Source: Adineta vaga
Lineage: Eukaryota > Animalia > Rotifera
DNA: 64,000 nt
Assembly (NCBI GenBank): GCA_021613535.1
Contig: CP075497.1
Location: forward strand, 9,858,001-9,922,000
Reading direction: 5' to 3'
Below are positions 1 to 13,427 of this stretch, piece after piece. Numbering within the stretch: position 1 is the first letter of the stretch; every line of letters starts with the position of its first letter. The notes below the pieces were generated by a model. It was not told the DNA's origin. It worked only from the letters and a program-made list of their open reading frames with translations, and ran no database searches. Position numbers and translations under genes: made by a program.

Positions 1-2
1 CA

Positions 3-593
3 ACACCACCAATACAAAATGATCAAGAATTTATTCAAACAATGATTACACAAGGAAAAAGAAAACGAAAATCAGATGTTGATAATAATCCATCAAGTGT
101 AAAAATACGTCGAATTACTATTAAAAGTGAACCCGAACAGGTTATATTCAATTCAAACATTGTTGATTTTGATTGAAAATATTTCCTTTCTTTTCTCTAG
201 CCATCCAATAATCCACCACCATCGATTCTATTTCGACATTCGAATGAACAACCAATTGTAATGTGTTCAAATTTTGTTTGTCATAGTTTATCACCAACAG
301 AAGAAACTTTTATAATAGATGCAATAGCACGTTCTGGTCCGAATTGTACATTTTTTGAAGCGAAACAAATCGCTGAAGAAATGTATTCAAATATCATTTG
401 TGTGAATAATTCTAATCGTCAGTTACCTGTTAGTGAAATATGGTTCTATTTATTTTTCTATTTGCATTGTGAAAAATTATTTTCCACACATCGTCATTGG
501 CTTCATGATCTTGAAAATGCCAAAAACAATACTAGTTATCTATACGAACAACAACAACAAATAATTCGTCTAATGAAAACTTATCTTCATTAG
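3..593 (+). CDS. 3' end of a gene truncated by the window edge; C-terminal domain homologous to the PWWP gene at 41035 (CENP-B/Tc5-HTH-like)
   Basis: Open frame 3-140 (KRKRK NLS-like, IKSE), GT-AG intron 141-200, last exon 201-593 in frame. LSPTEE..DA..G..TF.EA.Q.A..WFY.F..H aligns ungapped to 42742-42976. Confidence 0.75.
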
Positions 594-817
594 AAGTATA
601 TATCTAGTTTTCTTTTTTTCCATTTTTTTTTGTTATCTTTCTTGTGTGTATATATAAATAGATAAATGCGTTGTATATTAGAAACTATTTTGTATGATCT
701 GAACAATAAACAAAACTACGAATAGATTAATTCATTGAATAAATTCTTAGGTCTTTATATATGCGTACAATTATTGTTGTTTCTGTTTTGGTTATTTATA
801 TATGTTCAGTTTAAGAT

Positions 818-2420
818 ATGATGACGAATAATAATAATATAGAAGATCAACGATGGAAATTATTAGATAAAGAACGATTTCAAACATTTTTTGATTCCGA
901 TGGTCGTTTGGTGAAAGAACATGAATTTAGAAAAGCTGTTTTCAAAGGTGAGAGGTAGGTCTGAATATTAAATAAATTAATAATCAGCATATATGTGAAT
1001 AATAAAGATTAGCTTTTGTAGAAATATGTATGAGTTACAAGTCATCTTAATTTTTTACCCATTTTGAATACTAGTAATGATTCATTTTTAATTATTTAGG
1101 CGGTATCAATAGTAATCTTCGGCCGCAAGCATGGAAATATCTTTTTGGTTTCTATCCACCACTTCTTTCTAAAACGTAAGATCAACATTTTTGTTCAATT
1201 CGTTTTTCATGATTGTTTGTTTTCTCTTCATATTAGAGAACAAGAAACTATTGATGTTGAACGTAAATTATGTTATGATTTTATGTGTGAACGATGTGAA
1301 AAAGAAATGCCAGAAGAACGTAAATTTGTACATTGACTACTTTTTCATCTTTAATTTTAATGTTACTTTAGTCCGTTCACAATTATCGCATCTATCCGCA
1401 AATAAAGTTAAAGAACCTCTTAGTCCAAATGAAATATTCTTTTCTATTCAACAACGTATCGAAGCTTATAAACCTAAACTAAATTGGAATGAAATGGATC
1501 GTCATGTTCGACTTATTGCTAAAGATTTACACCGAACTGATTTTATATCATCGGAAAAACGACCAGATAATTATAATTACGGTCCATTAACACGTTTACT
1601 TGTTGCATTTGCTTCTTATCATCCGAATATCGGTTATTCCCAAGGTATTCTTGTTCTAAATTATACAAAAGACGTGTTTAATATTTTATATTTGTTAGGT
1701 ATGAATGATATGGCTCATTGTTTTCTACATGTATTTTCTTTCAATGAACATGAAGCTTATTTCTGCTTTGCTTATTATATCACACAATCGGGCGAACATT
1801 TTACAGAAAAAGGTATCGCACATAAAATAAAACAATTGCCGAAACTAGTGGAAATTGTTGATCAATTATTATATGATCGAATATTATCACTCAATGTTGA
1901 ATTATGGACATTTTGTCATCGTATGTACTAATGTTATTGCTCATGATTTAATAATGATTTTTTGATAGGATGGTTATTTTTATGTTTTCGTCGTGAATTT
2001 GCTGAAGAAGAAGATACATTGATATGTTTCGAAGTAGTTTGTAGTCATTTTCTTGAAGAAAATTCATTAGCTGCAGAACGTCTTCTTCATGATATACAAT
2101 TGAGACGAGCAGAACAAAAAGGTATCAGTAGTTATTCATCATCAATATCAATGGAAGGACATTCCAAATCGAATGAAGAACTTGGATGTTCATTCGACTT
2201 ATTCGTTTGTATTGCAATGATATCATTATTTCGTTCATGTTTATTCGATGCTAATGATGAACTTGAAGCTTTGGAAGCCATTCAACAACGTCAAAAAACA
2301 CTCGATGTTCGACAAGTTTTATCATTAGCAGAACAACTTTTTAAAATATATTGCCTACAAATGACATCAATGACAGCTCCATCCACAATTGAAACATCAT
2401 CTTATGAAATCATTGATTAA
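818..2420 (+). CDS. TBC-domain Rab GTPase-activating protein (TBC1D15/16/25-like), multi-exon
   Basis: FFDSDGRL..FRKAVFKGGI..LRPQAWKYLFG; arginine finger IAKDLHRTD; glutamine finger GYSQGMND (after splicing); WLFLCFRREF. Confidence 0.9.
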
Positions 2421-2614
2421 TCATCTAAATGTGATCAAATTTGATTTATTTATTTATATATTTCTTTTTGTTCAAAATGATAATATATACATCTATCCAT
2501 TTCAATAATCATCTTCTAAATATGACTATACAGGGATAGTGCTTATTCATGATAGATTAGATAAAAACTTTGTCCTTTTCGTATGAAAATTATTTTATTA
2601 GAAACAAATAACAT

Positions 2615-3342
2615 CTAAGAAACAGCAACATCTGTTTCATTGGAATTGTTTTCAAGTAATTCAGTAACTAAAACTTCATTATGTCGATTGATTAGTTTCA
2701 TGGGCATATCATAAGTTGCTGAAATCACTTCTTCACGATTAATTGGGAATGTTTTACACAGTTCTAATATATTTTTACTTTCACGTTTCCAATCTGCTTC
2801 TTTGGCAAAACCACCAAAACGTTTGGCATAAAAAATTTGTTCGACTTGTTGATAGATATAAACACCCTCAACAGTTGGTATTGGTGGTGAATTTTTATGA
2901 TTATCTTTATCAAGTATTAACAATAATGTAAATCGATTTTCTTGATTATTTGTCAATGATGGACGAACTATTACCATAATTGGAAGACACATTTTTAATG
3001 TTTTACCTTTTGGGGAAAAAAGCCATTTCTATTTATTTAAATTCAAAAACTACGATAGTTTACCATCGACATTTCCACCTTGAGTATACTTAACCAATTT
3101 CCATAGATTTGACATAACAGGTTCATCACCTACAGTAGCAGTAAATGTATACGCAGCACATGTGAATGGATCATATCGACGTTTTTCATAAGTCTAATCA
3201 TTTGATGAGAAGATTTCATTCAAAAAATTATTTGTGAAATGACATACAATACCTTATTACTTTCGATAATATCATATTTCGGCCATTCTGGATCCGCAGT
3301 TACATTTGAATAGGCTGATGCAGCTGTTCGTAACCAATTCAT
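2615..3342 (-). CDS. SOUL/HEBP family heme-binding protein
   Basis: Spliced MNWLRTAASAYSNVTADPEWPKYDII, DYEKRRY, LVKYTQGGN, FYAKRFGGFA, YDMPMKLINRHNEV. Confidence 0.85.
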
Positions 3343-5160
3343 TTTTTATTTTTCTTTTTCTTTTTTTCTCGTTTGTGTTTATATCATCGAGCAAAGACAT
3401 GATTATATAATCATAGATAAGAAATGTATTTGTTTTTCGATATACAATGATGATAAATTCTAAAAACACGCGTTTACTTTAGCTACCTTTTATAAACATT
3501 TAAACGTGATTCATTCATACGAATAACTTTTGTTCCATGTAATACAAAAGATATGTTACGAGAACAACATGAAGAAATTTAATTACAAATGCTTATGCAA
3601 TATATGATAGAAAGAACAAAGAAAAATTGTACAGATATACACGTGCATATCGTTTTTGCTTTTGTTTCATTTTTCATAGTAATGCTGTCGAATGTAAGAA
3701 AGAAATTTGAGAGTGTGGGTGAATTCAAGGTAAAGAGAATACCCAAACATGAACAGCTTGGAACATACACACACATATCCTTATTTTTTAAGATGTGGAT
3801 GAATTTACAATCAAATCTTTACGCTCATTTCCATCAAGTTTCAACGAAAAACGATTTTTAACAAATTTTTTCCGAGAATAAAATTTGTTACTTTTACCTA
3901 CAGTCTTACTCCTTGTCTACAAAAAGATTCAGTGACGTGAGAACATTTTCGTGCGGAAGAAAAGAAAAATAATCTTAATAGCCACAAAAAACAAACAAAT
4001 GCATAAGAAGAGAAGTAATGTTTTGATGAAAAACAACGTCGATGCGATATTTGTTATTTATTTGTGAAACAAATGGAACATATCAACCGACTAATAGAAA
4101 TGGCTGAAAGGAGAATTGTTGAGAAAATAAACAGTAGACGAATGCGAGAATCTATTTAATGCTCGTTTCGTTTCTTTAGCATGCACAAATAGCGAGTTTT
4201 TTTCGTCTAGATGCGAACATAAGTGAAATATATTCGAAACTAGCGCGATCACCATTCAACTTGAAAATATGATCAATCGATGACAAATTTTACGGATCAT
4301 TTAAGAATAATTTCGATCTTCTCTAGATCAATCAAACTACTACAAGACTTGAAGCAAGCACGTAAATATAAACTCTGATCTTTTTATGAGGAAGCTTTCG
4401 AAATAAACTAGCTTAGAATGATGTTTCATGAATTTAGCACGCAGTTTTTCGAAATTTATGCGATCTACCACCATATCGTAGTATATGAAAACGGGATAGC
4501 TGTTGTATAATTACTTTTACTAAATGGACTGATTCTTTCATGAATAGTGAAGAATATTTACAGGCTATATTGATAAGGAAAATGTTTTTTAATAACATAA
4601 CTAGCGAAAGTATCCGATGGTGGTCCAAAACCTTCCAGACTGAAAACGATAGAGGATGCAGAGAGGTTTGTACTTGAAATTTTTCATCCATCACCACAAC
4701 ATATTCCTCCACACATATCTAAGATAGAACAACTTATACTGCGTAGCATTGTAAACCCACCCGTTTTCTAAAAGTTCCTGCTGCGAAGCCTATCCTTCTT
4801 CTAACCAATCTCGTTCTAACTCTGTCTCTACTTCAGTTCGGACCTAAAAATCTTAAATGCCGGATTAAAGATTCATCTGTCGCGAATACATACACGTCTA
4901 TAATAAAGCACGATAGTAGAACAGATATTGTGTGGGATGAGTATCTTTCTTCTGAGTCGCCCTCACTTTCGTGTTACACAACCAGACCAGTGCGAAAACG
5001 TAGTAAGAGATGGATACTCTAAAAGATCGATCTAATCAGTTAGTTGAAATTAGATTAAATTTCAACCACCTTCCCTCTTACTCTTTCGAAACTTTTCTCT
5101 GTACATACGGAAGTATCATGGACAGTTTGGCATCCATACCTATGACGTAATCACCTGGGT

Positions 5161-5486
5161 GAACTCCCCCCTCCTACCCCAGACATAACCTCCTAACCTT
5201 CCTCCCTCGTCAATATCGTCAATCCTCTCTCAACCTTCCATCGAACTTAGAGTATTGCCAGAAGAAGTTTGATAACATTAACTACCACAGGACTATCTGG
5301 ATGAAATTTCACCCACGCTCCCTCCCTCTTCCGATGACCATACCAACTCTCTGTCGACCTTACCTGCGATTTAAGCTACCAGCGTGAAAATGTTCGTGAC
5401 GCTAGCTATAACAGGGACTGAATGCATAACGAACAGACCGACAAACATTCTTCTTCATATATATATATATATTGATAGATAGATAG
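5161..5486 (+). mobile_element. Probable non-autonomous repeat remnant (Helitron/HINE-like 3' end)
   Basis: Strongly C-rich segment ending ACAGACCGACAAACATTCTTCTTCATATATATAT..GATAGATAG, the microsatellite-type terminus seen in invertebrate Helitron-derived repeats. 5' end not defined. Confidence 0.3.
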
Positions 5487-5832
5487 AACATAGTTGCCAC
5501 AAAATGAAGAACTGAGAAATTTTACACATTAGGAAATAACGATGTTCATGATTCCGCGAACGAGCTATTAGTGTATCTCGATTGCCGATATTTTCAAGTT
5601 AAACGGTTGTTTGAATGAATTCATGCATATATTACTAATAATTCATTTTATTGATAAAATACATGTGATAGGAGTTTCAGTTTTGTGAAGAATAAAGTAT
5701 TGTCTTCTTATGAACTCCGTGTTTTGTAGATAATAATCACTTCTGTATTAATAGTGAAAATTAGAACAGTTAGTAATTACCGATTCCACGCATTCCTTTA
5801 CAACACGCTCGTATTTCGACTATTATACATAA

Positions 5833-8800
5833 ATGGCTACTGCATCAGATTCAACTACTCATACCAAAAGTCGCTTTCTGGATGCTAACAAAGAAGACTT
5901 GAAAGAACTGATGCCGTTAAAAAGTTTTGATGATGTTCCTCTTCTCCCATTGGGAGAATCTGTTGAGAAGTTGGACAAGTTGCATAAGGATCTTAAGCTT
6001 ATGATAGATGTTGCTCTTAAGAGATCTAAAGATCCAGCTGACAATCTTAATGAAGACCAGTCAGCCGCTATCTGTCTTTATACAATGGAAGGTAATTCAC
6101 CGGGCTGTAATCTTTACTCACTACTGAATGCGACGCTTCGCAATCCAGATCGAACACAACTCGAATCTTGGTATCCATACTTAAAACTGATACTAACGGC
6201 TCTATATACCTTACCATCGATCAGTACGACAGTTTGGCGAGGAGTACGTAAAGATCTATCCCATAGATATAAACGTGGTGAAGATATTACGTGGTGGGCA
6301 TTTAGTTCGTGCACAACTTTGATTGATGTTTTAGAAGATGAAAAGTTCTTGGGCACATCAGGAGAACGTACACTGTTTGCAATTGAATGTTGTAGTGGAA
6401 AAGAGATTAAACGTCATTCCTATTACTCTTTCGAAAAAGAAGTCTTACTCCTTCCAACTACACATTTGAAAGTACTCGGTCAGTTCAAATGTCAAAATGA
6501 TATGTATATTATTCATTTACGTGAAATACCAACACAACCACTTCTCATAAGAAACATATTATGTGAACAACCGAGAAAGCCAACTCCCTCTCTACTGCCC
6601 ATAAGGTAAAAAGATTATCAAAGGTCTCTCTCATTGTTTCAGTATGATTCGTCAAAAAAAGAAAATAGTCTTGTTAGTTAAAAGTATCTAAGAAAAATTA
6701 ATGCGACAGTGGTTCATCGACACTTTAGGTAAACAAGGGTACAGCAAACCATGAAAAAATTGGTTCAACCCGCCTGTATAAAAGTTGAGCGTGAAGTGGG
6801 CCTATCCAATAAATCTTACTCAGTCCTATCCGAGCACAAGGCATGTTAAAATTCAGAAAGATTACTTTTCCACGACGTAGAAACAATATTTCTGAAAGAA
6901 AAATTATATTGTTCGGTGTATTTATCAAACGAATGCGATGTGTTGCAAACTTTTTTGCACTAAATATCGATCATTATACAGAGCTCGATATCGTTGACTA
7001 AAGCACGTTTTGATAAAGCTAATATATACGAAATACAACATATTTCTGCATAAGCGATTTCTTATTCAGTTCATCCTCTTCTCGAATGCAGTACAGCCAA
7101 AAATACTCTAAGCACAAAAAATCGCTTTTCATCTCAAATTAAATGATACTGTTGTTTCTTTGTAAATATTTTAACTGTTATAGATAATAAAATTTCGAGT
7201 TCTTTTGATTTTTTGAAATGGTGAATTTTTTGTTTGCATAAGTAGATTTTCGTTGGACCATACACGATCTTATTCCATTCCATTAAGTCAAAAAGAGATT
7301 ATTGCAAGGAAATGATGTAAAGGTCATAGAAACATCCTGTTTTCATATAGTAGTATATTTCGTTGGTTAAAATCGTCATGAATCAAACTTAAACAGGGAC
7401 CTGTAGTTCATAATATACTCTTTATAACATCAATAACGAGACTTTATTTTACAAAGTGTTTCGATCGAATTTATTTGCGTACTAATTAGTATAAATAATA
7501 TATTACAAAATAAAAGTTGTAGATGACAGATGTGAATACTAGTATATATCGTATCAGCTGAATCGATAGTCGTATCGGTTTCTTATGAACAGCTATGTCC
7601 AATACTTCTGCCATTTATTCGATCATAGATTTCGAAAAAAAAATTGAAAAAATCATATAAACATTGAGCCGGGCAAACTATCCGAATAAGTAGTCTATTT
7701 TGAGCCCTGCAAAGAACAATTAAAACACAAAAAAGAACAGAAACAAATGCCTTATATATTTATGCAAGATAGAAGCGAACCGAAGAATCGATTTCCATAA
7801 CAAGAAAGCAATTATCATCAAGCAGATTTTTGATAGTTAAAGATTATGAAGAAACCTTAGGCTAACTTCTGAAAAGACATTTGAAAACATTTTCGAAAAA
7901 AGTTTCCCTGGTTGATCGTAAACTTAATTTAATTAAGCTGAAATCGATAGTAACATAGAATTAGACTTCTACTTTATATCGAATTTGAAAAGTATTCTGA
8001 GTGAGCAGTGATCTAGTTAGAGTAAGACAACTGGATATTGTCCCACCACTGATTTTAGCGTTGATACATCCTCTTGATGTCAAAATTTTAGTCATACTTC
8101 TATATGTTAAGTATTCTTCTTTGAGCCATCATGACTAGAGAACTCAGAAGTTTTGCTGCCGAACGCGTCTCATAAAGTTACTTTCTTACCTTGATGACAA
8201 AGCTTTAAACGTAAAAACAGTTTTTTCCTATAGGTAATTATTTATCTGATAGAAACAATAACAAGAACAATCTGACGAAAGTAGCTTTGAATAAAAAAAT
8301 GCTAAACTTAGAAGCACAATAAAGCCATTTTATGCGTCATATCGTTCGATAATCACTGTAAAAATATTTTATATTTTCTGAAACAAGGAAAAGAACACTT
8401 TTCATTTTGGAAAATGATTTCACCAAGATGTGGCTAGAAAGTAATTCTTATCCTATCGAGTAATTACTTATTTAGTAACTGTGTTTATATAATCTATGCG
8501 GAGAAACAGAAGAAAGAACCTACTATCACTACTAAGAAATTTTTACTTTAATGAATGAATGGATGAAAAAGTCATTCTTTCCTCAATTTATTTTTTCTTC
8601 CTCGCTCTAGTGTAACTCATGAACAATGGACGTCAACAGCACTAACAGTGGCTGGAGGTCATGGATACGGACAGCAACTGAATCAATTTTCTTACTGCTA
8701 TGGCATGTGTGTTGACAGTGATGGAGCTGTCCTTATCGCTGATTTAAAAAATCATCGTATCGTGGAATGGAAATTTGGTGCAACCAGTGGCCAAATAATC

Positions 8801-11651
8801 GCAGGAGGGCATGGAGAAGGAAGTGAACCGGATCAATTGAATAAACCAACAGATGTCATTTTCGATCACGAAAGAAACAGTATTCTGATTTGTGACAGGG
8901 GAAACCGACGAGTTGTACGCTGGCCCCGCCAAAATGGAAAGAGATATGAAATGGTAATCGAAAATATCGATTGTGGGAATCTAGCAATGGATAATTATGG
9001 TTTTCTCTATGTCACGGACACGCAGAAAGATAAAATAAGGCGATATCAACTGGTAGGAAACAGTTTTCGCTCAGATTATAAAACCGTAGCAGGTGGTAAT
9101 GAAGAAGGTAAAGGTCTCAACCAATTCAATGGACCAGCTTGTTTGTTTGTTGATTGCAAACAAACGGTATACGTTTCAGACAAAGGAAATAATCGTGTGA
9201 TGAAATGGGTGAAAGATGCGACGGAAGGAATTGTTGTGGCCGGTGGTGAAGGAAAGGGAAATGGGTTGAGGCAACTGAATAATCCTCTAGGATTGTTCGT
9301 CGATTTAAAAGATAATATCTATATTGTTGATAGTGGAAATCATCGGATTGTATGCTGGAGCAAAAATTCCGACGTTCGTGTAATTCTAGGAGGAAATTAT
9401 AGTAGAAATTTAGAGCACGGTTTGAATGGCCCTACAAGTTTGGCAGTTGATAGTTTTGGTAATCTTTATATCTATGAATCTGAAAATCATCGCGTTCAAC
9501 GGTTCGCTGTCAAGAGTGTATCCAATCCACAAGCTAATATTGTACCGAGTAAGGAAAATGTGTGGTTTAAGAAATTTGGAGTTGATAGAAGAGTAATATA
9601 AAGCAAGTATTGAGACGTTAAGGAATTCTTTTCTGATTCAAAAAGGTCCGATACAATTAAAATTCTATTTTGAATAATTACAAATCCATGTTTTAATGGG
9701 ACGATACATTTTTCCACCTCCATATCTATGGCAAGTATTGCAGTATTAGACGTAGAGTTCTGTTCAACGGACATCATGGATCGCAGTAAAGCTGCCTCAT
9801 TAAAACGCGCAATGATCCAACTTTTAAGTGTGTTGTATCGTTGATATAGTAAGCCTAAAATACACGCTCTCTTGAGTAAAAAAATAAAAGCAATCCTACT
9901 ATTACACATGAATTGTATATCTCATCATTGTCAAAAAATAATGTTTCTAACCATAAAACTTAGTAAAACTACCACTGTTGTAGGCATTATATAGCAATGC
10001 ATTAAGTAAGTATATCGAGATTTAACAGTTAGTTCAAATACATATATACTCTATCATGGGAATAGAATATGTATCAATTATAAACAGTTCATATTAGCAG
10101 TATGGCTAGTTTCCATTAGATCGAACTCGATCATATACGTGGTTCGTATTTGATTTTGAAATGAGTATCAATCGAAAATATCTTATGAACAGATTTCATT
10201 CTTTTCTCCACTAGCCGCCAGTTTTCGTTGTAGAAAGCATCAATTGTAATCGTCGATACTCCAGAGAATAGAATGCTCTTGGTAAGATGCCACAGTAAAA
10301 TTGTGTTGGAAATTGCCAAAAATGATGCATTTCTTATCATCTTTCCAGGCACGTTACTTCAGCTATTGTAAAACAGTCTGAAAATAACTTTTACATGTAA
10401 GCTAAGTTCGAAAAAGTTAATAATATTAGTCATATTAGACTTGAATTAAATTAAATTAAATTATGAGTTACAATTTACGTTAAAGTACCTAAAATAATCA
10501 AATAGTGGTTTTGAGTTTTATATGAAACTCCATTGATTGTTTGTTTGTTTGCAGTTATAGATATTTTCTATTTAAATTCTTTCTGATCGTATCTACCAAC
10601 CTAAACCATTATTCGTTAAAATGATATATGAGTAAACATTGAATGATTGTCAAACGCGAAAAAAATTGTTTCTATTCAGCAAATAAACATTCATTCTCTA
10701 TTCGATACGTATTCCTTCTTCTTTGCAGATCCAACGCCTAAAGTACCTTCTATTAAATGGAAATCACTTGGAGTCACAGTAGCTGGAGGACATGGTTCTG
10801 GTAGCCAATTGAACCAACTTAACCAATGTTATGGTCTCTTTGTCGACGACGATGGAAATATTCTGATCGCTGATAGTGGTAACCATCGAATTGTGGAATG
10901 GAAACCTGGTGCAACGAATGGGCAAGTAATAGCTGGTGGAAAAGGAAAAGGAGCCAATATGAATCAGTTGAATTGTCCAACATCTATTGTTGTCGATAAA
11001 AACACAAATAGTCTCCTCATATGTGATTCACATAATCGTCGAATTGTTAGATGGCCACGCCGACAAGGTCAAGTAGGATGTACAGTTGTAGCTAATATCG
11101 ATTGTTATGGATTAGCTATGGGCAAAGGAGGTTGTCTGTATGTCACAGACATTGAGAAGAACGAAGTTAGGTGTTATCAGTTGAAGCAGAACTATTCAGT
11201 CCTGACTGTAACTCGCGTGGCAGGTGGAAATGGAAAAGGGGACAATCTTAATCAACTGGATCGTCCTGATTACCTCTTTGTCGATCAAGATGATACGATA
11301 TTTATATCGGATACAGACAATCATCGTGTTATGAAATGGACGAAGGGTAAAAATCAAGGTGTTATTGTTGCTGGAGGTAAAGGCGCTGGGAATAATCTCG
11401 AGCAATTATGTCAACCTACTGGGTTGTTCGTTAATTCATTCGGTACGATATATGTTGCAGACTCTTCAAACCATCGTGTGACACGATGGCATGGTAAACA
11501 ATCAGACTTAATTGCTGACGGAACTATTGATGAAAACGGAAAAAATCACCCGTTCCATCCCGAGGGTTTGGCCGTTGATCGACATGATAATTTGTATGTA
11601 GCTGATTGGAAAAATCATCGAGTTCTACGGTTCGCAGTTAGATCAGAATAA
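5833..11651 (+). CDS. NAD+:arginine-type (R-S-E) mono-ADP-ribosyltransferase fused to two NHL beta-propellers; exons 5833-6605, 8611-9548, 10729-11651 (877 aa)
   Basis: ART motifs AAICLYT, VWRG, FSSCT, EKEVLL. Donor AG|GTAAAA (phase 2) matches acceptor CTCTAG|T at 8611. Donor A|GTAAGG (phase 1) matches acceptor TTTGCAG|AT at 10729. Total 2634 nt in frame. NHL repeats of the form VAGG.G.G....QL..P.GLFVD..G..YVAD..NHRV. Confidence 0.88.
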
Positions 11652-12919
11652 GTTTTTGTGTTATTAAAAACTTGGAAAAAACTTAAATGTCTTGCATCCA
11701 TAATTCTGAAGCATTTGACCGTAAACGCCGTTAGCTCAATTTTCTAGCGATTGCAGCAACATTTTTAAATCATTAATAAAAAGATGTTTTTCGTCCTGAG
11801 TTTTCTAAAAATGAATTCGAGAGGACTGCGAATGTAATAACTAGCTGATATTCACTTTCACACGCTCTATCATCCATTTGAATAAAAACTCGATCAAAAA
11901 TCTTATGAATAAAGATTCCAAAATAACATCTAATGATAGTATTCGTTGTGGCACATATTCAAGCATTTGATTTTTATCTGTATGCCCGTGTTTCAACAAT
12001 CGTTTGATGGCTGTAAATAAAATGATAATAGATGGGATACGCGCACCTTTCACATCTATGACATATTCGATATTTACAAAACATCACGTTTCTTTAGATT
12101 TCATTTAAAGCCAAAACGATTTTGCATTAAATCTTGCTCAACAATAATTAAATAGCATATCTATTAAATTGATGCACTTACTTAATGTTAATTTGATTAT
12201 CAATCTTGGATATTTTTATGAGAAATCTCTGCAAAAAATAAAATGCTTATAGAATCAAAAGTAATCACACGGATTTTAATTAATTATTTCATACGAAATT
12301 AATTAATTTTTTTGTAATTCTATAACTGTTGTAGATAAAGACAGTGAGAATAGAAAAGCATGAAACTAGACCGTTACCTAGTTAATTTCCTTTTCAGAAT
12401 TATATTATTTTGTGAAATGTTTAAAAGAGGAAAACAAAAAACATTCATCTTAGAAAAAGCTGAAGCGATAATTCGAGATGACGAAGATAATGAATTATGT
12501 ATATAAATGTTATTAATTTTAAACACAAAATAGTGACATATATGGTTGTCGAAACTACTACAGTATACATAATATAATTGATCAGTTCTATTCGACTCTC
12601 ATTTTCTTTTTCTTCCTATGTATATATTCTTATTTTCATCTTCTCATTCGAATCAAGATTACTAAAATAAGCACGAAGCTTTCTTTGTCTTTCCCTCTCT
12701 TTGACAACTACACAACTTTCTTCTTCCTTTTTATAACTTATCTATTCACACGAGAGAGAAGTCTTAACACATCAACTTATTTTATTAACTAAACAACATT
12801 TGTTGATTTCGTGTAAGTGTTAAATAAATAGGAAATTCCAACTGATAAATTACTTCGATAATAGATTGAAAATTATCACTAATTATAGTTTTGATTTTTG
12901 ATTCAATACGATATAAAAT

Positions 12920-13209
12920 GCTTGAAAGAAAAAGTTTTTAATTATTTAAGAAATGTTCCTGTTTTGGGTTTTCTATATGGTACAACTCGTGGTGTTGTTT
13001 ATGGATTCACAGGCGATATAGATCAAATGAAAAATTCATGGGAAATGGATCCGACTGACTTAAATTCATTACGACTCTTTCGGAAAGTAATGAGCGCTGC
13101 AATCGACACTGATTATGATATAAATGAAGGTATTTGGATCGGTAAACGAGCACTAGATAATCAACTATGTGCTTTGATGTTTTGGCTGGGTGTGGGTGTA
13201 TGGGCGTGA
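12920..13209 (+). pseudogene. Truncated gene fragment of unknown family, ending in a GT-rich repeat
   Basis: Protein-like ORF (NVPVLGFLYGTTRGVVY..EGIWIGKRAL) with the nearest ATG out of frame. Sequence switches to GGGTGTGGGTGTATGGG at 13188 and then stops. Confidence 0.4.
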
Positions 13210-13427
13210 AGGTGATGAAAACAAGATCAACACTATAATCATACACACATACCCACCGTCACACTTTAACTTTGCCTGCTAAAAAAAATTTTGTGCATGA
13301 AAATGTTCGTGTTCTATAGGAGGTATTTTAAAGATTCCCACTCTCATCTCGACTCATACAATTGATTAGTAATTGTCAATAAAACAAAAATATTTAATTA
13401 AAAGTGCAATTTTATAACTTAATAAAA

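Noticed and set aside
3579-4712. Short ORFs 3579-3861 and 4434-4712
   Set aside because: They have no recognisable motifs or consistent splice structure and are probably intergenic or decayed repeat sequence.
5833-11651. Bacterial contamination or a prokaryotic toxin operon (ART plus two NHL ORFs)
   Set aside because: Phase-compatible GT-AG introns join the ORFs, the NHL ORFs lack genuine start codons, and the flanking genes are metazoan.
9496-12053. Minus-strand ORFs 9496-9909, 10131-10352 and 11841-12053 as transposase remnants
   Set aside because: They look vaguely protein-like but show no DDE, BED or hAT dimerisation motif that I can identify; a tBLASTx against a repeat library is needed.
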